Shown piece after piece: positions 25,323 to 34,458 of a stretch of 64,000 nt of DNA. Numbering within the stretch: the first letter of the stretch is position 1; each line of letters opens with the position of its first letter. The position numbers and the translations under genes are program-made. A model generated the notes under the pieces. The model was given only the letters and a program-made list of their open reading frames with translations, was not told the origin of the DNA and searched no databases. This stretch comes from a virus, in the IMG/VR virus record IMGVR_UViG_3300005436_000012; one strand, 5' to 3'.

Positions 25323-26761
25323 ATCGCCGAGAGTTTCTGGCGGCCACTGTCATGGCCGGGCAACTTCCCAAGCGTAAAATCCGGTACGCCATCGACCCTG
25401 ATACGGGCGACGAGCGCAAGCCCTTCGAATGGCAGACGGCCTTTCACCGTTCGCCGGCGCGCTTCAAGGGATTCTCCGGACCGGTCGGATCCGGCAAATC
25501 GCGCGCCTTGTGTTCGGAAGCTCTAAAACTGGCCTATTTGAATCGCGGCCGGACTGGCGTCATCGGCGCGCCGACGTATCCGATGCTGCGCGATTCGACG
25601 CGCGCGTCGTTTCTGGAAATCCTGGAAGAGAACCGGATTCCCTACCGGCTGCATAAGTCGGAAAACTCGATCTATCTGCCGGAAGCCAGATCAACGATCC
25701 TGTTCCGCGCTCTCGATTCCTTCGAACGGATCCGCGGCACGAATCTGAGTTGGTTTGGGGTAGACGAATTAACTTACTGCAAGCCCCAGTCCTGGCTCCG
25801 GCTCGAAGCCCGGCTGCGAGATCCCAAGGCCACGCATCTGTGCGGGTTCGGATCCTGGACGCCCAAAGGCTTCGATTGGGTTTATGACCGCTTCATCGGC
25901 CCCGATCGCAAGCCCGGCTATGAGGCTTTCCGCGCGCGGCAGAATCCGACGCTGGGAGATTATTACCAGCGCCTGCAGGAAAGCTACGATCCCAGGTTTT
26001 TCCAGCAGGAAGCCGAAGGCGAATATCTCAACGTCTTTTCGGGCCAGGTCTATTATCCGTTCAACCGCAAAGATCACTTGAGACAAATCGAATACTCGCC
26101 GGCGCATCCGATCTGGTGGGCGCTCGATTTCAACGTCAACCCCATGTGCTCGGTGATCGGGCAGACCTACGGCGGAATCATCCGGGTGTTGGACGAGCTG
26201 GTGCTCTCGAATTCGAATACGCTGGCCGCCTGCGAGGAATTCCTGGCGCGCACCGCACACATGCTCGCGGCCCGCAAAGTCCCGGAAGTTCCCGAAGACT
26301 GGCTCGAGCAGCAGGGTGTAGGCTATCCGCTCGATCCGCCGGCGCCCTTGAACGTGTACGTCTACGGCGATCCGGCCGGCACGCAGCGCAAAACCTCGAG
26401 TTCGAGAACCGACTGGCAGATCGTGCGCGAGTTTTTCGGCCGCTACACCGATAAGTTCAAGGTGCAACTGCGCGTTCCCGAAGCCCATCCGCTGGTCAAG
26501 GACCGCGTGAACTGCGTCAACGCCATGCTGCTGAACTATGCCGGCGAGAAGCGCATGTATCTGGATTCCAAATGCCGCGAGCTCGCCAAGGATTTCGAGC
26601 AGCTGGCATGGAAGGCGGATCCGAACGGAAACCCGCTGTCGGAACTCAATAAATCCGATCCGATGCGATCGCATCTCTCGGACGCCTTGGGTTACATGAT
26701 CGTCCGCGAATTCCCGATGAAACGCAAAGCCGGCGAGCGATCGGGCCCGCCGCTCGTCTGA
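25319..26761 (+). CDS. terminase large subunit
   Basis: Walker A GPVGSGKS, Walker B-like FGVDELTY, C-terminal nuclease motif VYGDPAGTQ; 480 aa. Confidence 0.85.
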   Translation: MNRREFLAATVMAGQLPKRKIRYAIDPDTGDERKPFEWQTAFHRSPARFKGFSGPVGSGKSRALCSEALKLAYLNRGRTGVIGAPTYPMLRDSTRASFLEILEENRIPYRLHKSENSIYLPEARSTILFRALDSFERIRGTNLSWFGVDELTYCKPQSWLRLEARLRDPKATHLCGFGSWTPKGFDWVYDRFIGPDRKPGYEAFRARQNPTLGDYYQRLQESYDPRFFQQEAEGEYLNVFSGQVYYPFNRKDHLRQIEYSPAHPIWWALDFNVNPMCSVIGQTYGGIIRVLDELVLSNSNTLAACEEFLARTAHMLAARKVPEVPEDWLEQQGVGYPLDPPAPLNVYVYGDPAGTQRKTSSSRTDWQIVREFFGRYTDKFKVQLRVPEAHPLVKDRVNCVNAMLLNYAGEKRMYLDSKCRELAKDFEQLAWKADPNGNPLSELNKSDPMRSHLSDALGYMIVREFPMKRKAGERSGPPLV

Positions 26762-26827
26762 CACTCAACCTCGATTCACTGGCGTGAACAGCGCCAAATC
26801 AAAAACTGAAAAGGAAACAACATCTAA

Positions 26828-27286
26828 ATGGCAGCCAATGGCCGCAAGTACGGTTTCTCCGGTTCCATCACCGGAGCCTCCACCAAGTCAATCGTGGGAA
26901 TCACCGCCACCACGGCGGTCCGTCCCTATGTGATGGATCTCATGATCTCCTCCAACGCGACCCCGGCCGACAATTCGTCGGAGTGGTGGGTGTTGCGTTT
27001 CACCGTCAGCGCCACGACCTGCACCGTGGTCACCCCCGCGTTGTTCGATTCGGGCGATCCGGCCGCGGCCTCGGTTGCGTGGAAGAACGCCACCGGCGAG
27101 CCGACCTACGGCGCCGTCCCGGTGCTCGACATCGCTCACAACCAACGCGCCACCTTCCGCTGGGTAGCAGCGCCGGGCGAGGAAATCATCGCGCCTGCGA
27201 CCGCCGCCAACGGCATCGGAGTCCAGTGCCAGGGCGTCGGCGGCTCGGGCGTCGTGGAACTTTGCAGCGTTGTGTTTGGGGAGTAG
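26828..27286 (+). CDS. hypothetical protein
   Basis: 152-aa ORF. Confidence 0.4.
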   Translation: MAANGRKYGFSGSITGASTKSIVGITATTAVRPYVMDLMISSNATPADNSSEWWVLRFTVSATTCTVVTPALFDSGDPAAASVAWKNATGEPTYGAVPVLDIAHNQRATFRWVAAPGEEIIAPATAANGIGVQCQGVGGSGVVELCSVVFGE

Positions 27287-27438
27287 TATTCCGGCGTTCG
27301 CGCTCTGAAGCATTTGTATTCTTCAGATCTCGCCTCGATATCTAAAGCATGGGCCATCCTATCCAGAATCCTCCTGGGAGCCTAGTCAGCTCGTCTTCGG
27401 GGTGGCCTGTCATTTCCAAACCCTGCCGCTATGGCGAG

Positions 27439-28185
27439 ATGAGTTTCTACGCCACCGATAAGTGGCTGGGGCGATCGCTCGATCTGTATGGCGAGTGGTC
27501 GGAAGGCGAAGCGGACCTGCTGCGCGCGGTGTTGAAGCCCGATGATTGTGTTGTCGAGGCTGGTTCGAATCTTGGAGCGTTGACGCTTCCGATGGCCGAG
27601 ATCGTGCGCGAAGGGGCCGGGAAAGTGTGGGCGTTTGAGCCGCAGCCGGAGATCTTCGACATGCTGCTGCGGAATCTGTCAGCCTATCCGCACAGCGTGC
27701 ATCCGAGCCGCCGCGTGTTAGGCAAAGCGAATGACGTCCGGATGCTTGCCCGCGTCGATTATTCGAAAGGCACCTGTAATCCGGGCGGCTTCGAGGCTCT
27801 CGAAGATTGCGAGACTGGAGTGCCCACGCCGGCAACTACAATCGATTCGCTCAATTTCGACCGACTGGATCTGATCAAGGCCGACGTCGAGGGCATGGAG
27901 CTGGATGTTCTCGCCGGCGCGCAGCGCACGATCCTCCACTATCGGCCCTTGCTCTACGTCGAAGATGACCGCGAAGAAAAACGGGCGGCGTTGCGAGCCT
28001 GGATCCTCGAGCAGGGCTACCGGATCTATTCGCACCAGCCGCTGCTCTACAACCCTGGCAATTTCAACGGCTATAAAGTCAATGTATTTCCGAACATCGT
28101 CTCCGCGATGCTGTTTTGTGTCCCGGTGGAACGGGGTCCGGAATTTCGGAACGTAACGAATCAGTTGGAAAGACTACGCGCGTGA
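27439..28185 (+). CDS. FkbM-family methyltransferase
   Basis: IDSLNFDRLDLIKADVEGMELDVLAGA is the hallmark FkbM motif; start at the internal Met MSFYATDKW. Confidence 0.6.
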   Translation: MSFYATDKWLGRSLDLYGEWSEGEADLLRAVLKPDDCVVEAGSNLGALTLPMAEIVREGAGKVWAFEPQPEIFDMLLRNLSAYPHSVHPSRRVLGKANDVRMLARVDYSKGTCNPGGFEALEDCETGVPTPATTIDSLNFDRLDLIKADVEGMELDVLAGAQRTILHYRPLLYVEDDREEKRAALRAWILEQGYRIYSHQPLLYNPGNFNGYKVNVFPNIVSAMLFCVPVERGPEFRNVTNQLERLRA

Positions 28186-28637
28186 ACGATCCCGCCAATC
28201 CCGTCATGTCGCAAGCGGTACCCGAGACGGCCGCGTCCTGGAATTTGAGTTCGATGCCGCGCTATGTCTGCCACAAGGAAGTGCGGGCGCTCAAGATCCT
28301 CGACATCCAGCACGATCGGAGGCCGCAATTCACGAAGGCGACCTGCAAAGGATGTTTCGCGCTGGGATCGGGCTGCGGGCATTGCGAGCGTTGTGCATGG
28401 GAACGCGACACGGGCGGAAGACTCGGAGCGACGATCGTCGCCGATGATGCCCCAGCCGAATATCCCAACGCCCGCACCCGATTTCGTGTGAGTGCCGAGT
28501 ACCTCGCGAAACACAAACCGACGTCCGGCGGTTACTACGTCGTCTACAAGGACGGCTACGAATCGTTTTCCCCGGCGCAGGCCTTCGAGGAAGGCTACAC
28601 GCTTCAGGTGGAGTACAAGCATTTCAATGATCGGTAA
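28182..28637 (+). CDS. hypothetical Cys-containing protein (GTG start overlapping upstream stop)
   Basis: ATCKGCFALGSGCGHCERCAW. Confidence 0.35.
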   Translation: MNDPANPVMSQAVPETAASWNLSSMPRYVCHKEVRALKILDIQHDRRPQFTKATCKGCFALGSGCGHCERCAWERDTGGRLGATIVADDAPAEYPNARTRFRVSAEYLAKHKPTSGGYYVVYKDGYESFSPAQAFEEGYTLQVEYKHFNDR

Positions 28638-28671
28638 AGCGTCGACGTATTGAATTAAATACATAAAGAAA

Positions 28672-29004
28672 ATGCCATACGCAGAAGATCTAAAACCGGA
28701 AGACGTGCAATGGTGCGACACCTGCAGAGACCAGCAGGCGGGTCACTGCGGGGGCTGCAATCGCGAATTCGACGCCAGCGACCGCATGATCTACAAGTCG
28801 CAATCCTGCCACTTCCATCCGGGAACGGTGCTGGGAATTCCGGGCTCGATGGGCATCTACAAGAAATTGTGCGTGGAATGCTATCGAATCGATTTCGCCA
28901 AGGTATATCCGAAGACGCCGGTCCCGAGTCTTCCCGATCGGGTGCCTATTCCACGCCCCACGGGCGCGACGGTGATAGCGCCGCTAGCCCTGCCCAAACT
29001 ATGA
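28672..29004 (+). CDS. Cys-rich hypothetical protein
   Basis: CDTCRD..HCGGCN...CHFH...CVECY. Confidence 0.35.
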   Translation: MPYAEDLKPEDVQWCDTCRDQQAGHCGGCNREFDASDRMIYKSQSCHFHPGTVLGIPGSMGIYKKLCVECYRIDFAKVYPKTPVPSLPDRVPIPRPTGATVIAPLALPKL

Positions 29005-30311
29005 CGCCTGCCGCTGAAAACCCGAACCGGCGGATCCTCGATCTTGTGATGGAACTGGCCTCCGGGGTCCGGCACCGCCAAGAAACGCTCGCGGCCGCGG
29101 TTCTCGAAACGGATCCCGGCAACATCAAAGCCCTCCAAATCCTGGGCCGAATCCGGGCCACTCAGGAGAAAGCGGATGTAGCGCGGCGATATTTCGAACG
29201 GGCCCGGGAATTCGTCGATTTGAGCGTATTGCTGACCCGCGAGCGGAAATACGAAGAGGCCTTCGTGGCCGCCGAGCGCGCGATCGAATCGGATCCCGTC
29301 CGCGCCCACGCGCAGCTGGCCGGCCTCTATTCCGAGATCGGGGGCGCGCAGAGATCCATGCAGCGGCATACCGATCTGGGCCTGGCTCTAGCCCCGGATC
29401 ATGCGCAGCTCCGGATGTACCGCGCGATTCTGGCGCTGGGGCGTGGAGACTTCCCGGCCGGCTGGGCGGACCTGAAGTATCGCGCCTGGCATCAGCAGCT
29501 CGCGCAGAGCTGCCCCTGCCCGGAATGGAAGGGCGAGCCGCTCGAAGACAAAACCTTGCTCGTCATCGGCGAGGAAGGCATGGGCGACCAGGTCATGTAC
29601 GCCCGCTTTCTTCCGGTGCTCTGGAAATTCCATCCGCAGCGGATTCTACTGCGGCCCGGCGACGCGCTGGCACGTTTGTTCCATGAATCTTTTCAAGGCA
29701 TCGAAATCGTGAACAGCCAGGGCGAGATGGAGGGGGCGGACGTCGATTACTGGATCGACACGGCCTCGCTCGGTGCGCTCGGGCTCGAGGATCGCGGAAC
29801 GGTCGGGATGGTCAGCCCGTATCTCCGGATAAACCCGGAATCCGGGCGACGCGCGGCGCGGCTGCTTGCCCTCCTGTCTCCTACAAGCGGCCGCCTGCGA
29901 GTTGGCCTGGTCTGGGCGGGACGGCCGGAACATCCGCAGGATCGCAACCGGTCACTCACGTTCCAAGATTTCGCGCCGCTGCTCGAGTTGGAAGGCGTGG
30001 ACTTCTACTCGATGCAATTTGGCACGGCGGCAGCCGAGAACGATCGCATCCCGGATCTCGCTGGGCATTGTCTCGACGCCTATGATTCAGCGGCCATGAT
30101 GGAGAATCTGGACCTGCTGATTTCGGTCGACACGCTGCCGGTCCATATTGCCGGCGCGCTTGGGAAACCAGTCTGGGTTCTGGTCCGGAATCCGATCGAC
30201 TGGCGCTGGGGCAATCCCGAAGAACGCAACGACTGGTATCCGACGGTGCGGCAGTTCCGGTATCAACCGATGGAGCAAGTGGCCGAAGCCCTGCGGGAGC
30301 TGACCAAATGA
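29001..30311 (+). CDS. TPR-repeat + glycosyltransferase family 9-like protein
   Basis: N-terminal TPR-like helices; LLVIGEEGMGDQVMYARFLP (GxGD) and LISVDTLPVHIAGALGKPVWVLV resemble GT9 heptosyltransferase motifs; start at the internal Met overlapping the upstream stop. Confidence 0.5.
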   Translation: MTPAAENPNRRILDLVMELASGVRHRQETLAAAVLETDPGNIKALQILGRIRATQEKADVARRYFERAREFVDLSVLLTRERKYEEAFVAAERAIESDPVRAHAQLAGLYSEIGGAQRSMQRHTDLGLALAPDHAQLRMYRAILALGRGDFPAGWADLKYRAWHQQLAQSCPCPEWKGEPLEDKTLLVIGEEGMGDQVMYARFLPVLWKFHPQRILLRPGDALARLFHESFQGIEIVNSQGEMEGADVDYWIDTASLGALGLEDRGTVGMVSPYLRINPESGRRAARLLALLSPTSGRLRVGLVWAGRPEHPQDRNRSLTFQDFAPLLELEGVDFYSMQFGTAAAENDRIPDLAGHCLDAYDSAAMMENLDLLISVDTLPVHIAGALGKPVWVLVRNPIDWRWGNPEERNDWYPTVRQFRYQPMEQVAEALRELTK

Positions 30312-30622
30312 GAGAACACGGCGCGATTATCGTCAACGGCATACAGACCGGGACGACTCAGAATTGTCCGCATTGTAATTCGCACTTTGTGGTTGCCTCC
30401 AATGGGACGCTAGCCGAAGCACGGCGCAGCGGACTGGGCGATCTGGCCAGGCCCCGCGTCTGGTGCCGAAAATGCGACCGGCTGACCTGCGGCCGACCAG
30501 GCTGTGATCCGGCGGTCGCCTGTATACCGTCCGAAGCGCGCCTAGAACACGTCGAAGGAAAAAAAACGCGCTACGACGATGACATTGACCGCCTGAAAGC
30601 GCGCGGCGCGCCGCTGCTCTAA
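30308..30622 (+). CDS. zinc-ribbon-like hypothetical protein
   Basis: CPHCNSH...CRKCDRLTCGRPGCD. Confidence 0.35.
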   Translation: MREHGAIIVNGIQTGTTQNCPHCNSHFVVASNGTLAEARRSGLGDLARPRVWCRKCDRLTCGRPGCDPAVACIPSEARLEHVEGKKTRYDDDIDRLKARGAPLL

Positions 30623-30665
30623 TTCGTTAATTCGTTTCCACCAAAGACCAAAAGGAGTTCGTGTT

Positions 30666-30923
30666 TTGAGAAGAGCTATCGTTCTGTTGCTGGCCATCTG
30701 CCTCTCGATCCGCGCGCAGGGCAACTCTCATTCCGTCACGCTGTCGTGGACCTGGTCGCAGGGGACCGGTGATCTCCAGGTCGTCGCCGGAGCCACGTAT
30801 TATTACGTGATCACGGCCTTCAATTCCGGGGGTGATTCACCGTACAGTAACCAAGTTACTGCGGTGATACCCTTTCAAGTCCCATCCTCCGCACCCGTAG
30901 GCTTGACAGCCACGGTCAAATAA
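30666..30923 (+). CDS. secreted fibronectin type III-like small protein
   Basis: Signal peptide MRRAIVLLLAICLSIRAQG; SVTLSWTWS...YYYVITAFNSGGDSPYS FN3-like. Confidence 0.45.
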   Translation: MRRAIVLLLAICLSIRAQGNSHSVTLSWTWSQGTGDLQVVAGATYYYVITAFNSGGDSPYSNQVTAVIPFQVPSSAPVGLTATVK

Positions 30924-30931
30924 AACGCTCC

Positions 30932-32173
30932 ATGCATCTCCGTGTCGTCATCGGCATTTGCGCCTGCGCGTTGGCCGTGTCTGCGCAGAATCCCAATACC
31001 GCGCGCTGGCCAGCCTTTAACGCGGGCGATCCCGATCTGTTCGTGGTCACCAACCGGGCGCAGACCAGTCTGACCGCGCCCATCGACAACGTCACTACCA
31101 CGTTTCCGGTGGCGAACATCTCTCTTTTTACTCCGCCCGTGATCGTGACCATCGAAACGGAAGTGATGCATTGTGCGGTCGCTGGCGGCGTGCTCCTGCA
31201 AGGCTGCGTGCGCGCCCAGGAAGGAACGGTGGCCGCGGCCCATCCCTCCGGCGCGTTAGTGTTCGGCTACTTCTCGGCCTGGCACTACAACCAGGTGGCG
31301 GCGGAGATCAAGGCCATCGAAGCCAACGCGACCAAACTGCCAGCCTTCAACAATCTGGGTACGCTATCGGGCACGCCCACGTTCCCGGTGACCGCACAAA
31401 TTCAGACGTTCAAAATCACGCTCAACGGCGCCGTCACTTCCTCGACGCTGGGTACCCCGATCTCGAACGGTCTGGTTTATTTCGACGTCTGTCAGAACGG
31501 CACGGGCGGATTCACGTTCGCCTGGCCGGCGGGATTTTCACTGGCGCAGATCGTCTCGCCGTCTCCCAATACCTGCAGCGTGCAGGGTTTTCAGTGGGAC
31601 GGCGCCGCGGCGATTCCTCTTTCCCCGGGAACCGCTACTGGCTCGACTTTCCCCGACGTGAAATACATGCCGGCGGCCGATTGCGTCAACGGGATGGCCG
31701 GTTCGGGTTGGTCGACGGGTCTCACCCCCGCCGCTCTTTGCCGAGCGGGCACGAACAATAAAGAGGCCTTGTTGAGCCCCTGGGGCGCGAGCGACACCGC
31801 GCAGCTTTCGATGCATTTGTCCAAAGATTGGAATTCCACGATCAACCCCTCGGTGAGCCTGGATGTGACCTCCACCGATGCGACGAACGGCCACACCATC
31901 ATCATGCAGCTGGCGACGGCTTGCGATAAGGGCGATGGATCGACCACCGACGACGTCGCGTTCAATTCGCCGCAATCGTTTTCGACCATCACGCTGAACG
32001 GAAACGCCAACCGCACCTGGACTGCGACCTTAAACAACATCACCATGACGGGTTGCGCCGCGCCGGGGGTCTTGCGCCTTCAGCTCAGCCGTACAGCCGA
32101 TACGGCCACGAATGTCGGAGTGATCGGACTCGCGATTACAGTCCCCAGAACGCTCATGCTACAGGCCAATTAA
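30932..32173 (+). CDS. secreted protein, AQNPNTARWP N-module family member 1
   Basis: Signal peptide; about 130-aa N-module shared with the 44259 ORF and the 43232 fragment; motif CAVAGGVLLQGCVRAQEGTVAAAHPSGALV. Confidence 0.5.
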   Translation: MHLRVVIGICACALAVSAQNPNTARWPAFNAGDPDLFVVTNRAQTSLTAPIDNVTTTFPVANISLFTPPVIVTIETEVMHCAVAGGVLLQGCVRAQEGTVAAAHPSGALVFGYFSAWHYNQVAAEIKAIEANATKLPAFNNLGTLSGTPTFPVTAQIQTFKITLNGAVTSSTLGTPISNGLVYFDVCQNGTGGFTFAWPAGFSLAQIVSPSPNTCSVQGFQWDGAAAIPLSPGTATGSTFPDVKYMPAADCVNGMAGSGWSTGLTPAALCRAGTNNKEALLSPWGASDTAQLSMHLSKDWNSTINPSVSLDVTSTDATNGHTIIMQLATACDKGDGSTTDDVAFNSPQSFSTITLNGNANRTWTATLNNITMTGCAAPGVLRLQLSRTADTATNVGVIGLAITVPRTLMLQAN

Positions 32174-32382
32174 ATGCCCGAAAATCAATCGGCTCAATTG
32201 GACACGAGTGAACTCGGAACCTTCCTGCTGGGCGCCACCGGAGTATCGGCCTCGAGCGCACCTGCAGGCGTTCCATTCGTCGCCGAATGTCAGCCCGTGA
32301 TTATTCAGAAACTCTACAGCTTCGTCGCTTGACGCTTGACGCTTCTTCACCGCTAAACACTTCCAACGCCGCGAATACTTTG

Positions 32383-34458
32383 ATGAAACTTCTTTTCGCA
32401 CTATCGACGATCATCGGTTGCGCTTTTGCCCAACAGCAGGAAGTCCCGGCCGCCCCGCCCTACTGCCCGGATACCGGATCGGCCAATGCCATTGTCTGCA
32501 GCACAACCCTGGGCCTGGCGAATTACACCAAAGGCCAAACGATCCTCGTAAACGTTGCGGCCGCAAATACGACGGCCACCACGATCAATCTGAATAATCT
32601 CGGAAGCAAGAATGTCACCAAAAACGGGAACGCCGCGCTGACTGGCGGCGAGTTGTCCGCAGGCGGGATTTATTTGATGAGCTACGATGGCCTTGAATTC
32701 GTGCTGAACGGCGGCACGCCCAACGGGACGGTATTCCTCAACGGCGGCACCAACGTGATCGCTGCGGCGCTCGCGGCCAACACCACGATACGCATCACCG
32801 CCGCTACTACGCAGAGCGTAGCGTTAGCCATAACGCAAGCCCACGTCAAACTGGTCTGCGATCCAGATGTTGTGCTGACCTTAAGCACTACGTCTTCGAT
32901 CATCACCGATACGGGGGATTATCTTGATTTCTCCGGCTGCATCATCGACGGGAACTCTCAGAACACTGCCAGCGCTCCTATCGTCATCAACGCCAATCAT
33001 TCCAGGGTGCATGGTTTGGTGAGCCAGAACATGGGGACGAATGCCTCTGATGGAGAGATTAAGGTCACTGGAGGACTGGACAATCACGTATACGACAACA
33101 AGTTGATTGGCGTAGACCGGCTCATCTATCTCAATCCTTCCGCCGCTGTGATCGATTCTCCCTATGTCGAAGAAAACTATTTACAACAAACAACAGTCGG
33201 TGGCGCTATTGTCATGCAGTCTGGTACGAACGGCCTGCTTCATCCCTTCATTATTCACAACACCATCAGAACGGCCACAAGATGCGTTTATCTGTTTACT
33301 GGTGCCGCAGGACTAGTTCACGACATTCATTGGTCCTCGAACGATTGCCTGTTAAACGGCACATCCGGTGACGAAGGCTATTCGACTTACGGCGCGATAG
33401 CCGGCGAGATCGACGGCAACATCATGGACGACACCGGCTTCAGTCTGATCGGTAGCAATTTCTTTGGTCTCCATGATCTTGCTGAGGTTTCAATCACGCG
33501 CAACAATTGCCATGCCACCGGGAACCAAGGAAGCTGCTTCACTCTTCTGGATACACAGAGAGTGACGATGACCGGCAATGTGATTGGTGGCGGAATCTTA
33601 AGCTCCGGTGTGGTGTCGAACGGATTCGCGGCGGCTGGGATTGGGATTGACATGGTGCAATCGGCTGGCACGGTCAACTCGGGCGGCAATATCATCGCGA
33701 ATAACACAATCGTTACGCCACTGAGTTTTACAGGAAAAGCGATCCGCGCCGGTTGTTTCGGGGCCAATACCGGATCGACTTGCTCGGGCGATATCATCGC
33801 CGACAATTACATCTTCGCATCGGGCGGAACTTGTATCGAGATTACGACCTCGGCGAGCAACACCAACGCTAGCTCGCAAACCGAACACAACCATTTGGAA
33901 GGATGCACGACCGGTATCACTGTGGACTCGGGGGTGACCAATGCGCGCATTGGTAATAACGAGATGATCGGGGTGACAACGGAAATCTCCGACGCCGGGA
34001 CCGCGACCCACTTCGAGCCTCAGTGTCACGTCTACAACATCAGCAACTCGACTACGAATCTTGCGGTGACGCAGGATGGCGGCCCAGCTACGCTGACGAC
34101 GAAATTGGGCGCTCTTACACAGAGCCTTCCACTCTTCACAATGTCTCCGTTGATGGTCATTACCGGTTACACGATCAAGACCGTCACGGCTTTTACGGGA
34201 ACGGCGACGCTCGTGAGCACATTCGGAGACTCGTCAGGGCCTTCGCCTACTGCATACAGCAGTAACACTTTCAACCTGCAAACCGCTGCTGGTCCTACCA
34301 TCTTTCAAGACCCCTCTGGCGGTGGCGTGACACTGCCAAAGCACGTAACGGAAGCGGGCTCAAACACCTTCAACCTCGTGCTAACGTCAACGACGCAAAA
34401 CATCTCTTCGATTTCGGCGGGCAGTGTGGATGCAAGAGTCTGCTGGGAAGCGCCATGA
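32383..34458 (+). CDS. secreted right-handed beta-helix (pectate-lyase-fold-like) protein
   Basis: Signal/lipobox-like MKLLFALSTIIGCAFA; many NxI/GNxI PbH1-like repeats. Confidence 0.45.
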   Translation: MKLLFALSTIIGCAFAQQQEVPAAPPYCPDTGSANAIVCSTTLGLANYTKGQTILVNVAAANTTATTINLNNLGSKNVTKNGNAALTGGELSAGGIYLMSYDGLEFVLNGGTPNGTVFLNGGTNVIAAALAANTTIRITAATTQSVALAITQAHVKLVCDPDVVLTLSTTSSIITDTGDYLDFSGCIIDGNSQNTASAPIVINANHSRVHGLVSQNMGTNASDGEIKVTGGLDNHVYDNKLIGVDRLIYLNPSAAVIDSPYVEENYLQQTTVGGAIVMQSGTNGLLHPFIIHNTIRTATRCVYLFTGAAGLVHDIHWSSNDCLLNGTSGDEGYSTYGAIAGEIDGNIMDDTGFSLIGSNFFGLHDLAEVSITRNNCHATGNQGSCFTLLDTQRVTMTGNVIGGGILSSGVVSNGFAAAGIGIDMVQSAGTVNSGGNIIANNTIVTPLSFTGKAIRAGCFGANTGSTCSGDIIADNYIFASGGTCIEITTSASNTNASSQTEHNHLEGCTTGITVDSGVTNARIGNNEMIGVTTEISDAGTATHFEPQCHVYNISNSTTNLAVTQDGGPATLTTKLGALTQSLPLFTMSPLMVITGYTIKTVTAFTGTATLVSTFGDSSGPSPTAYSSNTFNLQTAAGPTIFQDPSGGGVTLPKHVTEAGSNTFNLVLTSTTQNISSISAGSVDARVCWEAP

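Noticed and set aside
25319-25370. Twin-arginine-like N-terminus (MNRREFLAATVMAG) on the terminase
   Set aside because: The terminase is cytoplasmic. This is most likely a chance resemblance or a mis-called start; the true start may be downstream.
25769-26764. 331-aa minus-strand ORF
   Set aside because: It is entirely antisense to the well-supported terminase large subunit gene. It is a GC-rich shadow ORF with a low-complexity Arg/Gly-rich translation.
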